A stretch of 64,000 nt of DNA from an uncultured Candidatus Saccharibacteria bacterium (GTDB lineage Bacteria > Patescibacteriota > Minisyncoccia > Phycocordibacterales > UBA9973), in assembly GCA_964450735.1 (NCBI GenBank), contig CAYVDC010000007.1:1374-65373 (forward strand), written 5' to 3'. Positions 45,980 to 55,581 of the stretch are shown here, piece after piece (positions within the stretch are counted from its first letter, which is position 1; the number at the start of each line of letters is the position of its first letter). The notes beneath the pieces were generated by a model. The model ran no database searches and was not told where the DNA came from. It saw only the letters and a list, made by a program, of their open reading frames with translations. A program made the position numbers and the translations under genes.

Positions 45980-46702
45980 TTACCATTGATTAATTCTCAA
46001 ATCTCCCTGATACAGGAATCGCACATCGGAAATATCGTACTTCACCATGAGAATGCGATCTACTCCTCCGCCGAATGCAAAGCCCTGATATTTTTCAGGA
46101 TCAATGCCGGCGTTTTTGAGAACATTCGGATGAATCATTCCCGCACCCATGACTTCGAGCCATCGGTTGCGGAATTTGATCCAGACTTCGAGACCTGGTT
46201 CAACGAATGGGAAATAGCTTGGTCGCAATTGAATTTCAACATCTTCGCCAAGCAAACCACGGTAGAGTTTCAAAAGCGTGTCTTTGAGATTTCCAAGATT
46301 GATATTTTCTCCGATTGCGCAGCCGTCTACCTGGAAGAACTGCATTTCGTGAGTGGCATCAGTAGCTTCGTTTCGGAATACTTTTCCGACTGAAACATAG
46401 CCGCATGGAAATGAATCATTTTTTACTGCCTGTTCGAGTGCGCGTGACGTTGCGTTGGTTGCATGCGTTCGCATGACCATTCCCTCTTGGTTTTTGATAT
46501 AAAACGTGTCCTGCATGTCGCGAGCCGGATGGTCTTTGGAAACGTTCAGCGCGTCGAAGTTATACCATTCAGTTTCCATTTCAGGACCGATAGCAACTTC
46601 AAAGCCAAGTTTGTCGAAAATGCGAACGATATCGTTCGTCATGATGGTGATGGGATGCAATTTTCCTTTTTCGTTGTTCATATTATTTATGCTTGCTTCC
46701 AT
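45980..46702 (-). CDS. pheS: phenylalanyl-tRNA synthetase alpha subunit (catalytic core only, 240 aa)
   Basis: HPITIMTNDIVRIFDKLGFEV...SKDHPARDMQDTFYI, FRNEATDATHEMQFFQVDG and GGGVDRILM are PheS class II motifs. Confidence 0.9.
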   Translation of the reverse strand: MEASINNMNNEKGKLHPITIMTNDIVRIFDKLGFEVAIGPEMETEWYNFDALNVSKDHPARDMQDTFYIKNQEGMVMRTHATNATSRALEQAVKNDSFPCGYVSVGKVFRNEATDATHEMQFFQVDGCAIGENINLGNLKDTLLKLYRGLLGEDVEIQLRPSYFPFVEPGLEVWIKFRNRWLEVMGAGMIHPNVLKNAGIDPEKYQGFAFGGGVDRILMVKYDISDVRFLYQGDLRINQW

Positions 46703-46992
46703 TCAAGTTTATAACTCCCTCCTGATTTTTTGTGGAGTTTATACGTATATCCCTTTGCTTCAAATTTATAATAGTTATTACCTCCTGGTTCAGTGCCATT
46801 TTTTAGGGCTTTAAACATTTCTTCAGCTTCTTTGTGGTGTTTATGGAGATAGTCCAAAGCATGCTTCATATGGCCCATGTGGTTGGTCTTGTAGACGACT
46901 GAATGGGTCAGAATACTATCTTCGCCCATTCCTGAAGGTTCTGGGCTTTCTTTGGCTGGTCCTGGTTGGTCTTCGTAATCGTAATCATCCAT
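46687..46992 (-). CDS. small His-rich hypothetical protein
   Basis: 101-aa ORF (HMGHMKHALDYLHKHHKEAEEMF), overlaps pheS start by 16 nt; weak. Confidence 0.3.
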   Translation of the reverse strand: MDDYDYEDQPGPAKESPEPSGMGEDSILTHSVVYKTNHMGHMKHALDYLHKHHKEAEEMFKALKNGTEPGGNNYYKFEAKGYTYKLHKKSGGSYKLEWKQA

Positions 46993-47029
46993 ATATCCAC
47001 TATATCATAAAGCTATTCCAATAAAAGCC

Positions 47030-50000
47030 TTACTTCGCAACCTTGCTCAAACCATAAATATCCTTGGCTAGCTTGCAGTACGGACACTCAGTTTGTTGTC
47101 CAAACGGCTTAAATGAACACGGACGGTGTATCCATTCCCTGCTTGCAACCGAACCATCATAATCCTTGATATCGCGGACGAGCGAATCTATCTGTTCTTC
47201 GCCAATATGCGTACGATATACCGCATCTTTGCTCTTTGGATCTTCTTCGAGATACAGAAGTTGTGATTCAATAACTCGAGATTCTTTTTCTACACCCTGA
47301 ATTAAATAGGTGTACATAACGAGCTGTCGCAAATAGCCACTCAATCGTCCTTCTTCGGTTTCTTTTTCGATTGCAGATTTTGTCTTAGAAGATCCTGTTT
47401 TGAAATCAATCACGCGAACAGTTCCATCGGGAAAACGTTCAGTGAGGTCGATCTTTCCATACATCGTAAGGTTTGGAAATGTTTTGTCATGGAACGACAG
47501 CGGCCGCTCAGTATCTCGTTTCTTTTCAAGCGTTGGCAAATATTTTTCTGAAAAATTGGCCAGGACGGTTTTTGCTTGCGCAAACAATCGCTCGCGCGTT
47601 TTTCCGTCAAGAATAAACTCGCGCTCGATTGCTTCTTCAAAAACCGCCTCGAGTTCTTTTTCTGAAACTTTTTTCGGAGCAGAAAGAATACTGTCGAGTC
47701 CGGCATGAACAATCGTTCCAAATATCAAGCTTTCTGTTTTTGGTTCTGGCAGCTGGAGGAAGTTTCGGAAATACCATTTCCATGGGCATTCGAAGAAGTT
47801 ATTTAGAAGCGTTACGGAGACTTTAGTTTTTGAATATTCTTCTTTGACGCTTTCAGTCAATTTCTCAATCTCGCTTTCATCAACTGCTTTTGCCTGCTTG
47901 GAAACATACATTCGGATATCGCTTGCTTCAAATTCTTTGCGAGTGTCTTCGAGTGTTTTGCGAGTGAAGTGCTTCTCAGGAATATCCATCACGACATGGG
48001 CAATCTCTTGCTCACCGCCCGTGTGATTGGAACGCGAATATGAGAGCGTGCAAAATCGCTTTGCTCGAGTGAGGGCAACATAGACTTCCCTTTTTACCAC
48101 TGCTTGGTCTTTGGATTCAATTTTTGCTTCCACTGATTCCGGCAAGGTAAATCCCATGCGCTTGCCGCTCATGAGCGTCTTTTCGTTCATATGGGCAATC
48201 CAGACGAAATCGAATTCCAATCCTTTGGAAGCATGGAAGGTCATGACGCGAATACCTGAAACGCCGGAAATAGTTGCGACCGGTATATGAGCGCCGTAGC
48301 TTTCAAGACGATCGAGGTATTCCAAGAAGCCGGCAAGTGTAAGTTTTGAATTGCGCTCACGGCTCGTCAGTATCAAGTGCAAAAACGTTCGAATAATTTC
48401 AACTCGGCGAATCAATGTTTCGTGATCGGTAGAAGATTTCAAAAAGAGCTCATCGCCGATTTTTTGAACGAGTGAATAAATGTCAGACTTCCCTGCTTCA
48501 TTTACCAAATCACCGAGGACTTTGCCCCATGTCGCAACTGGATTAATTTCCGCAAACAAATTTCCAGCTGCTTCAGCGCTTGAAAGAGAATAAACGGAAA
48601 GATCGCGGGACTTAGTTTCTCTTAGAAATGTATGAGCTTCCAAAGGCTTTACCCCTGAAATCGGATCAAGGAGCGATTGACCGACTGCAACTGCATTGTA
48701 TGGATCATTGACGATTGAGAGTATGCGGCGTAGTGAGGCGGTCTCGGAAAGATCAAAGAATGAGATAGATTCGTCCGCGCGGACCGGGAGGCCCAAGTCA
48801 CGAAGGATGGTTACCCCCGCGCGGACGTGCTTATTCTTTGGAACCAAAACTGCGCATTCCTTTGGTTCCAATCCATTTTTGATTGCTGCCTGTATTGCAA
48901 GCCCGGCTGCCAGAATTTCATCCCGTGGATATTGATATTCGGCAAGCGTGAGCTCATGATTTTCTTTGTGGTTGCTTCGCAATTTTTCTGTCGCCAATGT
49001 GCTCGCCAAAAGCGCATCGGCAGTATCGAGGATTTTTTGCGTTGAGCGGTAATTTTCTACCAGCGTAATTAACTTCGCTTTTCCGAATGCAGTTTTAAAA
49101 TCCTCAAAGTAAGCAAGCGATGCGCCGCCAAATCCGTAAATCAATTGTCGGTCATCTCCCACTACAAAAATATTCGGCTTCTCTTCCCCCTGCCAAACCG
49201 CTTTTAAAAACGAATTTTGAATACCGCTTGAGTCTTGGTGTTCGTCAACCAAAACATAGAGATAATCTTCCCGCAGCGTCGCGCTGACATCTTCGGAATT
49301 CTGAACAAGGGTAACCGCATATTCAAGCACATCATCATAGTCCATGAGTCCGCGGTCGCGTTTTGTCTTTTCATAGAGTTCGTAAAATCGAACAACTTCA
49401 CGGGTTCGCTCCAGGCCTTCGATTTTTTTCTCCACTTCTTTTTTTAGCTGGCCCTTTGATTCACCGCGAGTTGAAATGCTTGCTGGATCATTTTTGAATT
49501 CGGAAATCGAATTTTCAATTTCTTGCAAAAAATCGGCAGGGCTTAATCGTTCGCGCTTGAGAAGCGAGACAAGTGATTTGAGATCATTGAAATAGAGCGC
49601 AGAGTTTCCACGCGGGCGCAAATACTCCCATTCATTTTCATGAAGCATTTCATCCACCAGTAATACGGCTTCCCGCTCATCGAGCAATTTCGGCGTAATT
49701 TCAAAATCTAAGAATTCGTAGTTCTTTTCTATCAGTCCGATGGCAAAGGCATGGAATGTTGTAATACGAACATTGCCGGCGGCCGATCCGATGAAGCTGA
49801 AAAGGCGTTCCCTCATTGCGGACACGCCGGCGTTCGTAAACGTAAGACAGAGAATCCCCCCTGGAGGCGTATCAGTCTTTTGGAGGATATTAGCGATGCG
49901 AAGCGAGAGAACCTGGGTCTTTCCAGTTCCAGGACCAGCAACTACCATCACAGGACCGTCTATGGCGTCTACTGCCTGCCGTTGGGCTGGATTGAGTTTG

Positions 50001-50035
50001 GTAAGGGCTTTTTCGAAGGCTTCGCTGGTTGGCAT
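47030..50035 (-). CDS. UvrD/PcrA-family ATP-dependent DNA helicase fused to C-terminal RecB/Cas4-like PD-(D/E)xK nuclease domain with Cys cluster
   Basis: N-terminal Walker A (AGPGTGKTQV), UvrD motifs (VDEHQDSS, FVVGDDRQLIYGFGGAS, MTFHASKGLEFD). The C-terminus has ECPWKWYF...GTIVHAGLD...Y-x-EL motifs and a terminal CxxC (C-X-Y-C) plus upstream Cys, the Cas4/AddB-style Fe-S nuclease arrangement. Confidence 0.8.
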   Translation of the reverse strand: MPTSEAFEKALTKLNPAQRQAVDAIDGPVMVVAGPGTGKTQVLSLRIANILQKTDTPPGGILCLTFTNAGVSAMRERLFSFIGSAAGNVRITTFHAFAIGLIEKNYEFLDFEITPKLLDEREAVLLVDEMLHENEWEYLRPRGNSALYFNDLKSLVSLLKRERLSPADFLQEIENSISEFKNDPASISTRGESKGQLKKEVEKKIEGLERTREVVRFYELYEKTKRDRGLMDYDDVLEYAVTLVQNSEDVSATLREDYLYVLVDEHQDSSGIQNSFLKAVWQGEEKPNIFVVGDDRQLIYGFGGASLAYFEDFKTAFGKAKLITLVENYRSTQKILDTADALLASTLATEKLRSNHKENHELTLAEYQYPRDEILAAGLAIQAAIKNGLEPKECAVLVPKNKHVRAGVTILRDLGLPVRADESISFFDLSETASLRRILSIVNDPYNAVAVGQSLLDPISGVKPLEAHTFLRETKSRDLSVYSLSSAEAAGNLFAEINPVATWGKVLGDLVNEAGKSDIYSLVQKIGDELFLKSSTDHETLIRRVEIIRTFLHLILTSRERNSKLTLAGFLEYLDRLESYGAHIPVATISGVSGIRVMTFHASKGLEFDFVWIAHMNEKTLMSGKRMGFTLPESVEAKIESKDQAVVKREVYVALTRAKRFCTLSYSRSNHTGGEQEIAHVVMDIPEKHFTRKTLEDTRKEFEASDIRMYVSKQAKAVDESEIEKLTESVKEEYSKTKVSVTLLNNFFECPWKWYFRNFLQLPEPKTESLIFGTIVHAGLDSILSAPKKVSEKELEAVFEEAIEREFILDGKTRERLFAQAKTVLANFSEKYLPTLEKKRDTERPLSFHDKTFPNLTMYGKIDLTERFPDGTVRVIDFKTGSSKTKSAIEKETEEGRLSGYLRQLVMYTYLIQGVEKESRVIESQLLYLEEDPKSKDAVYRTHIGEEQIDSLVRDIKDYDGSVASREWIHRPCSFKPFGQQTECPYCKLAKDIYGLSKVAK

Positions 50036-50082
50036 AGGGCTATTTTAGCATGAGTAGGAACGCCCAGATACACCTGGACAGA

Positions 50083-51384
50083 TTACAATAATGCTTCTCC
50101 AATTTGATAAGCTTCCCCTGCGCCCATGGTCACCAACACATCATTGGGGCCAAGATTTCTGCGCTGCAATGTTTCGAAAGCTTCCTGGAATGTATCAAAT
50201 GCATCGGCATTGATTTTGTGTCCGCGGATTTTTTCGGCGAGCATTTCGCTTGATACACTTCCGTCGTTTTCTTCGCGTGCGGCGTAGATCGGAAGAATGA
50301 TCACATGATCAGCCTGTGTAAATGATGCACCAAAATCATCGAGCAATAATTTTGTTCGTGAATACAAATGCGGTTGAAATACTACCGTAACTTCTTTTTG
50401 TCCATACGGATAAATTTCACGGAAGCCCTGCAGTGTTGCGGTAATTTCGGTTGGGTGATGAGCATAATCATCGTAGACGGGGGTTCCGCTTTTCAATTCT
50501 CCTTTGTATTCAAAACGTCTCCATGTTCCAGGAAATGTTGCAAGATATTTATCAGCAGTAAATTCCTCTACGCCAATAAGGCTGACCGCTGCTCCTGCTG
50601 CAGCCGCATCTGCCTGGTTGTGCGCGCCTGGAATTTTCAATTCGCGCGCGTGATAAAAATCATGGTAGTTCACAATCTGTGCCTGCACGCCGGAAATTAC
50701 TTCTTTTACCACTTCATCATTTGCGTTACAGACAATGTATCCATCGGCTGGAACTTTTTCACAGAGCTCGCGAAACGCGCTCTTGATATCGGCAATGTCC
50801 TTGTAGTAATCAAGATGATCTGCTTCGATGTTCGTAATAACCAAAATCTTTGGATTGATATTCAAAAATGATCGGCGATATTCACAAGCTTCAACCACAA
50901 AGTATTCGCTCTTGCCCGCCATGAAATTGCTTTTCTCATTTACCATGAGCGAACCCACAATAACCGTAGGATCCTTGCCAGCATTTTTCATAACATGCGC
51001 GATCATTGCCGTCGTTGTAGTTTTGCCGTGTGTTCCCGCGACGGCGATCGTATACTTGCCTTCGGTAACAATATGGAGCATCTGGGGGTATGAGCGGGTT
51101 GGAATAGTTCCTGACTGGAGTGCGGCGAATAACTCTGGATCATAATTTTCGATAGCAATCGTATAAACGATCAAATCAACGTCCTTTGGAATAAGATCAA
51201 TACCCTGTCCGATCTTCACGATCGCGCCGGCGTCCCGCAATTCCTTCACTACTTCCCCTTCAGAAACATCAGAACCTATTACCTCTTTACCCTCCTGCAA
51301 AAACATCCGAGCAACAGCCGAAATGCCAATGCCGCCAATGCCGACAAAGAAGACTTTTTTGATTGTACTTAGATTTAATTCCAT
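50083..51384 (-). CDS. murC: UDP-N-acetylmuramate--L-alanine ligase
   Basis: VFFVGIGGIGISAVARMFLQEGKEVIGSD, AGTHGKTTTTAMIAHV. Confidence 0.9.
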   Translation of the reverse strand: MELNLSTIKKVFFVGIGGIGISAVARMFLQEGKEVIGSDVSEGEVVKELRDAGAIVKIGQGIDLIPKDVDLIVYTIAIENYDPELFAALQSGTIPTRSYPQMLHIVTEGKYTIAVAGTHGKTTTTAMIAHVMKNAGKDPTVIVGSLMVNEKSNFMAGKSEYFVVEACEYRRSFLNINPKILVITNIEADHLDYYKDIADIKSAFRELCEKVPADGYIVCNANDEVVKEVISGVQAQIVNYHDFYHARELKIPGAHNQADAAAAGAAVSLIGVEEFTADKYLATFPGTWRRFEYKGELKSGTPVYDDYAHHPTEITATLQGFREIYPYGQKEVTVVFQPHLYSRTKLLLDDFGASFTQADHVIILPIYAAREENDGSVSSEMLAEKIRGHKINADAFDTFQEAFETLQRRNLGPNDVLVTMGAGEAYQIGEALL

Positions 51385-51947
51385 AATTTTTCAATTAATT
51401 TCTTTTCAATTTGATCCGTCTCTGTCTCTGATTTTATAACAAAAAATTCATCAAATAACGAAGCTTCTGGGGGCTGCATTCTAGTTTTCTGTTTCTCAAT
51501 CAATTCTTTAAAATCTTTTGTGATTCGAAGTACATTCGTCGATCGTTCTGATTTTTCAATTCGGTTCAAAACCAGTTCTTCTGGGAGTTCAAAATATACA
51601 CAGATAGTTTTATATTGAAATTTTTTTGCCAATTCTAAAACCAACTCGCGACCTTTAATCCACATATTCGAATTAGAAAGTACAATCGGCTTTCCCAGAG
51701 CCATAGTAAACTCAACAAACAATAAAAAAGTTCTGAACTTTAGGGCAATGTTGCTAAATAAGCCATTGTGCTCTGCATCATCTACTTCTCTCAATTTTGG
51801 AAATTGCTCTTTCATAAAAACCGCAATCGGGTCGGCTTCGAGGATAATTAGATCCTTTACTTTTTCTTCAATTTTCCTTGCGAGCGTTGTCTTGCCGGAG
51901 TGAGTCTTGCCAACAAACATTATTAAGATTTTGCCTTTATTATCCAT
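51375..51947 (-). CDS. P-loop NTPase / predicted small kinase (AAA_33 or zeta-toxin-like fold)
   Basis: Walker A FVGKTHSGKTTLA near the N-terminus; 190 aa; overlaps the murC start by 10 nt and abuts murD. Confidence 0.5.
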   Translation of the reverse strand: MDNKGKILIMFVGKTHSGKTTLARKIEEKVKDLIILEADPIAVFMKEQFPKLREVDDAEHNGLFSNIALKFRTFLLFVEFTMALGKPIVLSNSNMWIKGRELVLELAKKFQYKTICVYFELPEELVLNRIEKSERSTNVLRITKDFKELIEKQKTRMQPPEASLFDEFFVIKSETETDQIEKKLIEKLWN

Positions 51948-51948
51948 A

Positions 51949-53292
51949 TTATTTCAACCCCTTAATTATCTTCACAAACTGCTCTCCTCGATCATACTCA
52001 TTCTTGAACAATTCAAACGATGAGAACGCTGGCGAGAACAAAACAATATCACCCTTTTGTGCTGACTTCACAGCTCTTGCCACCTGCTTCTTCAGGTCAA
52101 GTTCTTCGCTAAAGGTGAATCCCTTCTGCGCAAGCAGCGGCTTTAATTTTTCGGTTCCAGAACCTTTCAATAATACAACCTGGTTTGCGAACTCTGGAAT
52201 TGCGTTTGCAAGTGCTTTTGCATCAAGGGCTTTGTCGGTACCACCAGCAAGGAGGATGAGGTTATGGGGTTTTGCGAGCGGGGCGAGCGCAGCGAGCCCC
52301 GCCACGCATGCCTCAGGAGTGGTCGCACAAGTATCATTGAAAATCGAAATTCCTTTGTACTTTCGTACAAACTCCAAGCGTCCCGGTACGCCCTTGAATG
52401 ATTCGACGGCTGCTTTGATTTTTGTCTCAGGGATTTTTAAATATCGCGCAACAGCAACAGCACATGAAGCATTTTCTCGTACATGCTCACCTGGGGTTTT
52501 AAGCTTCCAGTTTTTTGGAATGTCAGCGCTTGTTGTGGCGATCAACTTCCCTTTCGTTTTGCCTTTTACCAACGGCATTAGCGCCGATCGAACAACTAAA
52601 ACGTCGTCTTTTTTTTGATGCAGAAATATCTGCGCCTTGTCTTTAAAATAGAGATCAATATCGTTCTTGTAGTAATTCATGTGATCAGGCATGAAGCTCG
52701 TGAAAACAGCAATCTCAGGAGAAATTTGTGCCTCGCCAAATCCTTGCAACTGCCATGAAGATAATTCAAACACAACGAAATCGCCTTTTTTGACTTTTGA
52801 CAGGAGTGGGAGTGCCGCAGTGCCTTTGATATTTCCGCCAAGATGCGCGCGCTTGCCTGATTTTTTGAGAATATGGTAAATCAGTTCAGTCGTAAATGTT
52901 TTGCCTCGCGTGCCGGTAATACCGATCATGCGAACGTCCGGAGCAAATTTGAAAAACAGCGTTTCGTCCATTTCGATCGGAATGCCATTTTTTCTCGCAT
53001 GGGCAATATACAGAGAATCCAACGGAACTCCTTGGCCTTTGATGATAAAATCTTTGTTCTCAAAATCCTGCATGCGATGCTCGCCCAAAACAAAGGTAAT
53101 ATTTTTGTATCCCTTGAGCGCATCGATCGATGACTTTAGTTCTTTTGCGGTTTTAAGGTCTGTGACGGTAACCGAGGCGCCGTTTTTTGAGAGGAACTGG
53201 ATATCACCCAAAAGCTTGCCCAAAAGGCCAAGGCCCAGGACGGTGACCTGTTTCCCTTTGCAATAGGCTCTGAAATCCTTGGCTGACTGCAT
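51949..53292 (-). CDS. murD: UDP-N-acetylmuramoylalanine--D-glutamate ligase
   Basis: VTVLGLGLLGKLLGDIQFLSKNGASVTVTD, GITGTRGKTFTTELI. Confidence 0.9.
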   Translation of the reverse strand: MQSAKDFRAYCKGKQVTVLGLGLLGKLLGDIQFLSKNGASVTVTDLKTAKELKSSIDALKGYKNITFVLGEHRMQDFENKDFIIKGQGVPLDSLYIAHARKNGIPIEMDETLFFKFAPDVRMIGITGTRGKTFTTELIYHILKKSGKRAHLGGNIKGTAALPLLSKVKKGDFVVFELSSWQLQGFGEAQISPEIAVFTSFMPDHMNYYKNDIDLYFKDKAQIFLHQKKDDVLVVRSALMPLVKGKTKGKLIATTSADIPKNWKLKTPGEHVRENASCAVAVARYLKIPETKIKAAVESFKGVPGRLEFVRKYKGISIFNDTCATTPEACVAGLAALAPLAKPHNLILLAGGTDKALDAKALANAIPEFANQVVLLKGSGTEKLKPLLAQKGFTFSEELDLKKQVARAVKSAQKGDIVLFSPAFSSFELFKNEYDRGEQFVKIIKGLK

Positions 53293-53320
53293 ATACTGCC
53301 TATTTTACCATATTTGCCAA

Positions 53321-54280
53321 TTATTGCTTTGGCAGCTTGAAATGAGTCACATGCTTATCGCCAGTGTACTCAGCTTCAAAATTGTCTTCTCCCAACACGA
53401 CAGGATGAATCTTTTTAACAAGGAATCCTGTGCCTCGTTTCATTCGTCGAATAAGGAACCAGAGTCCGACTGAAACAAGGACAATGATCACGAGGATGTA
53501 GATAAGGAACGGCATTATGTAACAGACAAAAAATGAATTTGAGATTGGCTGAACTTTGACTTGGTACATTACGCGCGAAATCACTTCAACCATTTTGGCA
53601 TCTCGCTCAATCAATTCTTTTTTTGAAAGTGTTTCGACGGTAGCCGCATCAAGATATTGTGGAACATACGTTGAAAATGCTTCGGTTGCGAACGCGTGCT
53701 GGCTTTTTGCCTTGCCGAGCCATTTTGGCTTTTCGAGAGAAATACGGAACGTGTCCCCGCTTGCGCTTACATGAAGATAATAGTTCGTTGGCACAAACCC
53801 CCACTTTTTTGCAGGCTGGAGATAATACATATCGATCTTTCCATCAAGAATATATACAGATCTCAAACGCAGATCATTGAGCGCTGCATTTTGGATAACA
53901 TCAACAATTTTTTCTTTGGTGTTTACTGGATCAGCTCCCAAATTCCATTCAGTCGGAAGCGTTTCGCCAGCCTTGCATTGATCTCCAACTCCTTGTTCGT
54001 CAACAAGAAGATGCGTATCGAGCTTTACGGCGATAGTCGGCGTGCCAGGAGTAACCGGTGGTGTTGTTGGCTGTTCAACATGGGCTCCAGTTGTTGGGCC
54101 ATAGTCCAAGTCCGGAATTACTGGAACAGAACCTGGGACATACACTGTTCCAGGAGGAGTTGGTCGTGGATCAGTCCATCCAGCAGGATGATCAATATCA
54201 GGAATTACCACCTGAGCAAGCGCAACCACCGGAAACAAAAGAGCGAGTAAGAAAAAAATACGGATAGATTTCATGAACAT
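53321..54280 (-). CDS. hypothetical secreted/membrane protein (signal peptide, Pro/Thr-rich region, C-terminal TM)
   Basis: ORF with N-terminal signal (FFLLALLFPVVALAQ) and C-terminal TM. Confidence 0.45.
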   Translation of the reverse strand: MFMKSIRIFFLLALLFPVVALAQVVIPDIDHPAGWTDPRPTPPGTVYVPGSVPVIPDLDYGPTTGAHVEQPTTPPVTPGTPTIAVKLDTHLLVDEQGVGDQCKAGETLPTEWNLGADPVNTKEKIVDVIQNAALNDLRLRSVYILDGKIDMYYLQPAKKWGFVPTNYYLHVSASGDTFRISLEKPKWLGKAKSQHAFATEAFSTYVPQYLDAATVETLSKKELIERDAKMVEVISRVMYQVKVQPISNSFFVCYIMPFLIYILVIIVLVSVGLWFLIRRMKRGTGFLVKKIHPVVLGEDNFEAEYTGDKHVTHFKLPKQ

Positions 54281-54290
54281 AGTATATCAA

Positions 54291-54983
54291 TTATGCACTA
54301 CGAGTAAAAGAAAGCAGTTCTTGAGATGAACGCGTAAGTGATACAAAACCTTTCTTGGTTATTACTCCAGTGTCTTCAATTCGTATTCCAAGCTTATTTG
54401 GAATATAGATTCCAGGCTCAACTGTTACCACCATATTCTCTCGGAAATACGGCCGCTCTCGTCGCCAATAAATACGCGGCGCTTCATGAATGCGAGTTCC
54501 AACACCATGCCCGAGCGTATGTACAAAGTATTTGTTGTACTCGCCCATAACCTCTCTTGAACGAAGATCTGAAAACGCCGCTTTTACATCTGGGAGATAC
54601 AATTTCTCTGCTTCAGTTTTTGATTTCAATACCATCGCATAGAGATCTTTTTCTTCTTTGGTTGGCTTGCCGACAAACACGGTACGCGTCATGTCAGACA
54701 TGTAGCCCTGAAAGATCACTCCGAAATCCAAAATAACAAAGCCTTCGAGTTTCGAATCAGTTGGTTTTGGATGAATGTCATTTCCTGCGCGAGCACCAGA
54801 AGTAACGATCGGAGGAAAGCTCGGTTTCAATCCGCGCTTTTTTATTTCAGAAGAAATAAAAGCCTGCAATTCAACCTCTGTCTTCCATTTAAAATTACTG
54901 ATGATTTTTTTGAAAATCTGATCGGTAATCTCGCAGGCTTTTTTTATTTTTGCTATTTCAGTTTTAGTTTTGACCTGGGCCAT
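54291..54983 (-). CDS. M24-family metallopeptidase (Xaa-Pro aminopeptidase/prolidase-like, short)
   Basis: Pita-bread fold metal ligands in DFGVIFQGYMSDMTRT, HTLGHGVGTRIHE, VVTVEPGIY, IEDT. Confidence 0.7.
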   Translation of the reverse strand: MAQVKTKTEIAKIKKACEITDQIFKKIISNFKWKTEVELQAFISSEIKKRGLKPSFPPIVTSGARAGNDIHPKPTDSKLEGFVILDFGVIFQGYMSDMTRTVFVGKPTKEEKDLYAMVLKSKTEAEKLYLPDVKAAFSDLRSREVMGEYNKYFVHTLGHGVGTRIHEAPRIYWRRERPYFRENMVVTVEPGIYIPNKLGIRIEDTGVITKKGFVSLTRSSQELLSFTRSA

Positions 54984-55581
54984 AAATATATTCCTTTATA
55001 AGTGAGAAAGAATCTGGACGAAGAGCAAAAAGTGGATCTTCCCCAGCATACACACGTTCAAGCTCGACTAGAGAAAAATATTTTGACCCCTCTACTTCAT
55101 CATTAACTGGAATATCATCTGCATCAACAAAAACTGCGGTCACATATACATCGACAAGTTCATTCTCGGTAAAATCTTCAGATACATACGAACTATGTCT
55201 CACCGTGCCGAGATAGACCATTTCCTCGGGCTCTTTTTGAATTCCCATTTCTTCAAATAGCTCACGTGCAGCTGCAACCTTGCTTTCTTCTTGAGTATCA
55301 ATGTGCCCGCCTGGAATCGCCCACTTGCCTGGATCAAGTTTTTTTGTCATTGCACGCTTCTGCAAGAGAAGATGTCCTGTATCATTTAATAGCCAGATTT
55401 GGGCAATTCGGTGTAATATGCCATGCTTGTGAATTTCAGACTTTGGAAGCACTTCTCCTGTTTCCATTCCATCCTCTCCGTATACATCCAAAAGTTCGTT
55501 ATTATTTTCCAGCATTTTTTTCTTCAGTGTTAGTAGTATCTTTCTCGCCCCATCTCCATCTTGGCTCTTCACCTGTAACAT
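54964..55581 (-). CDS. NUDIX hydrolase (start may be the internal Met near 55515)
   Basis: Nudix box GGHIDTQEESKVAAARELFEEMGI. Confidence 0.75.
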   Translation of the reverse strand: MLQVKSQDGDGARKILLTLKKKMLENNNELLDVYGEDGMETGEVLPKSEIHKHGILHRIAQIWLLNDTGHLLLQKRAMTKKLDPGKWAIPGGHIDTQEESKVAAARELFEEMGIQKEPEEMVYLGTVRHSSYVSEDFTENELVDVYVTAVFVDADDIPVNDEVEGSKYFSLVELERVYAGEDPLFALRPDSFSLIKEYIYGPGQN

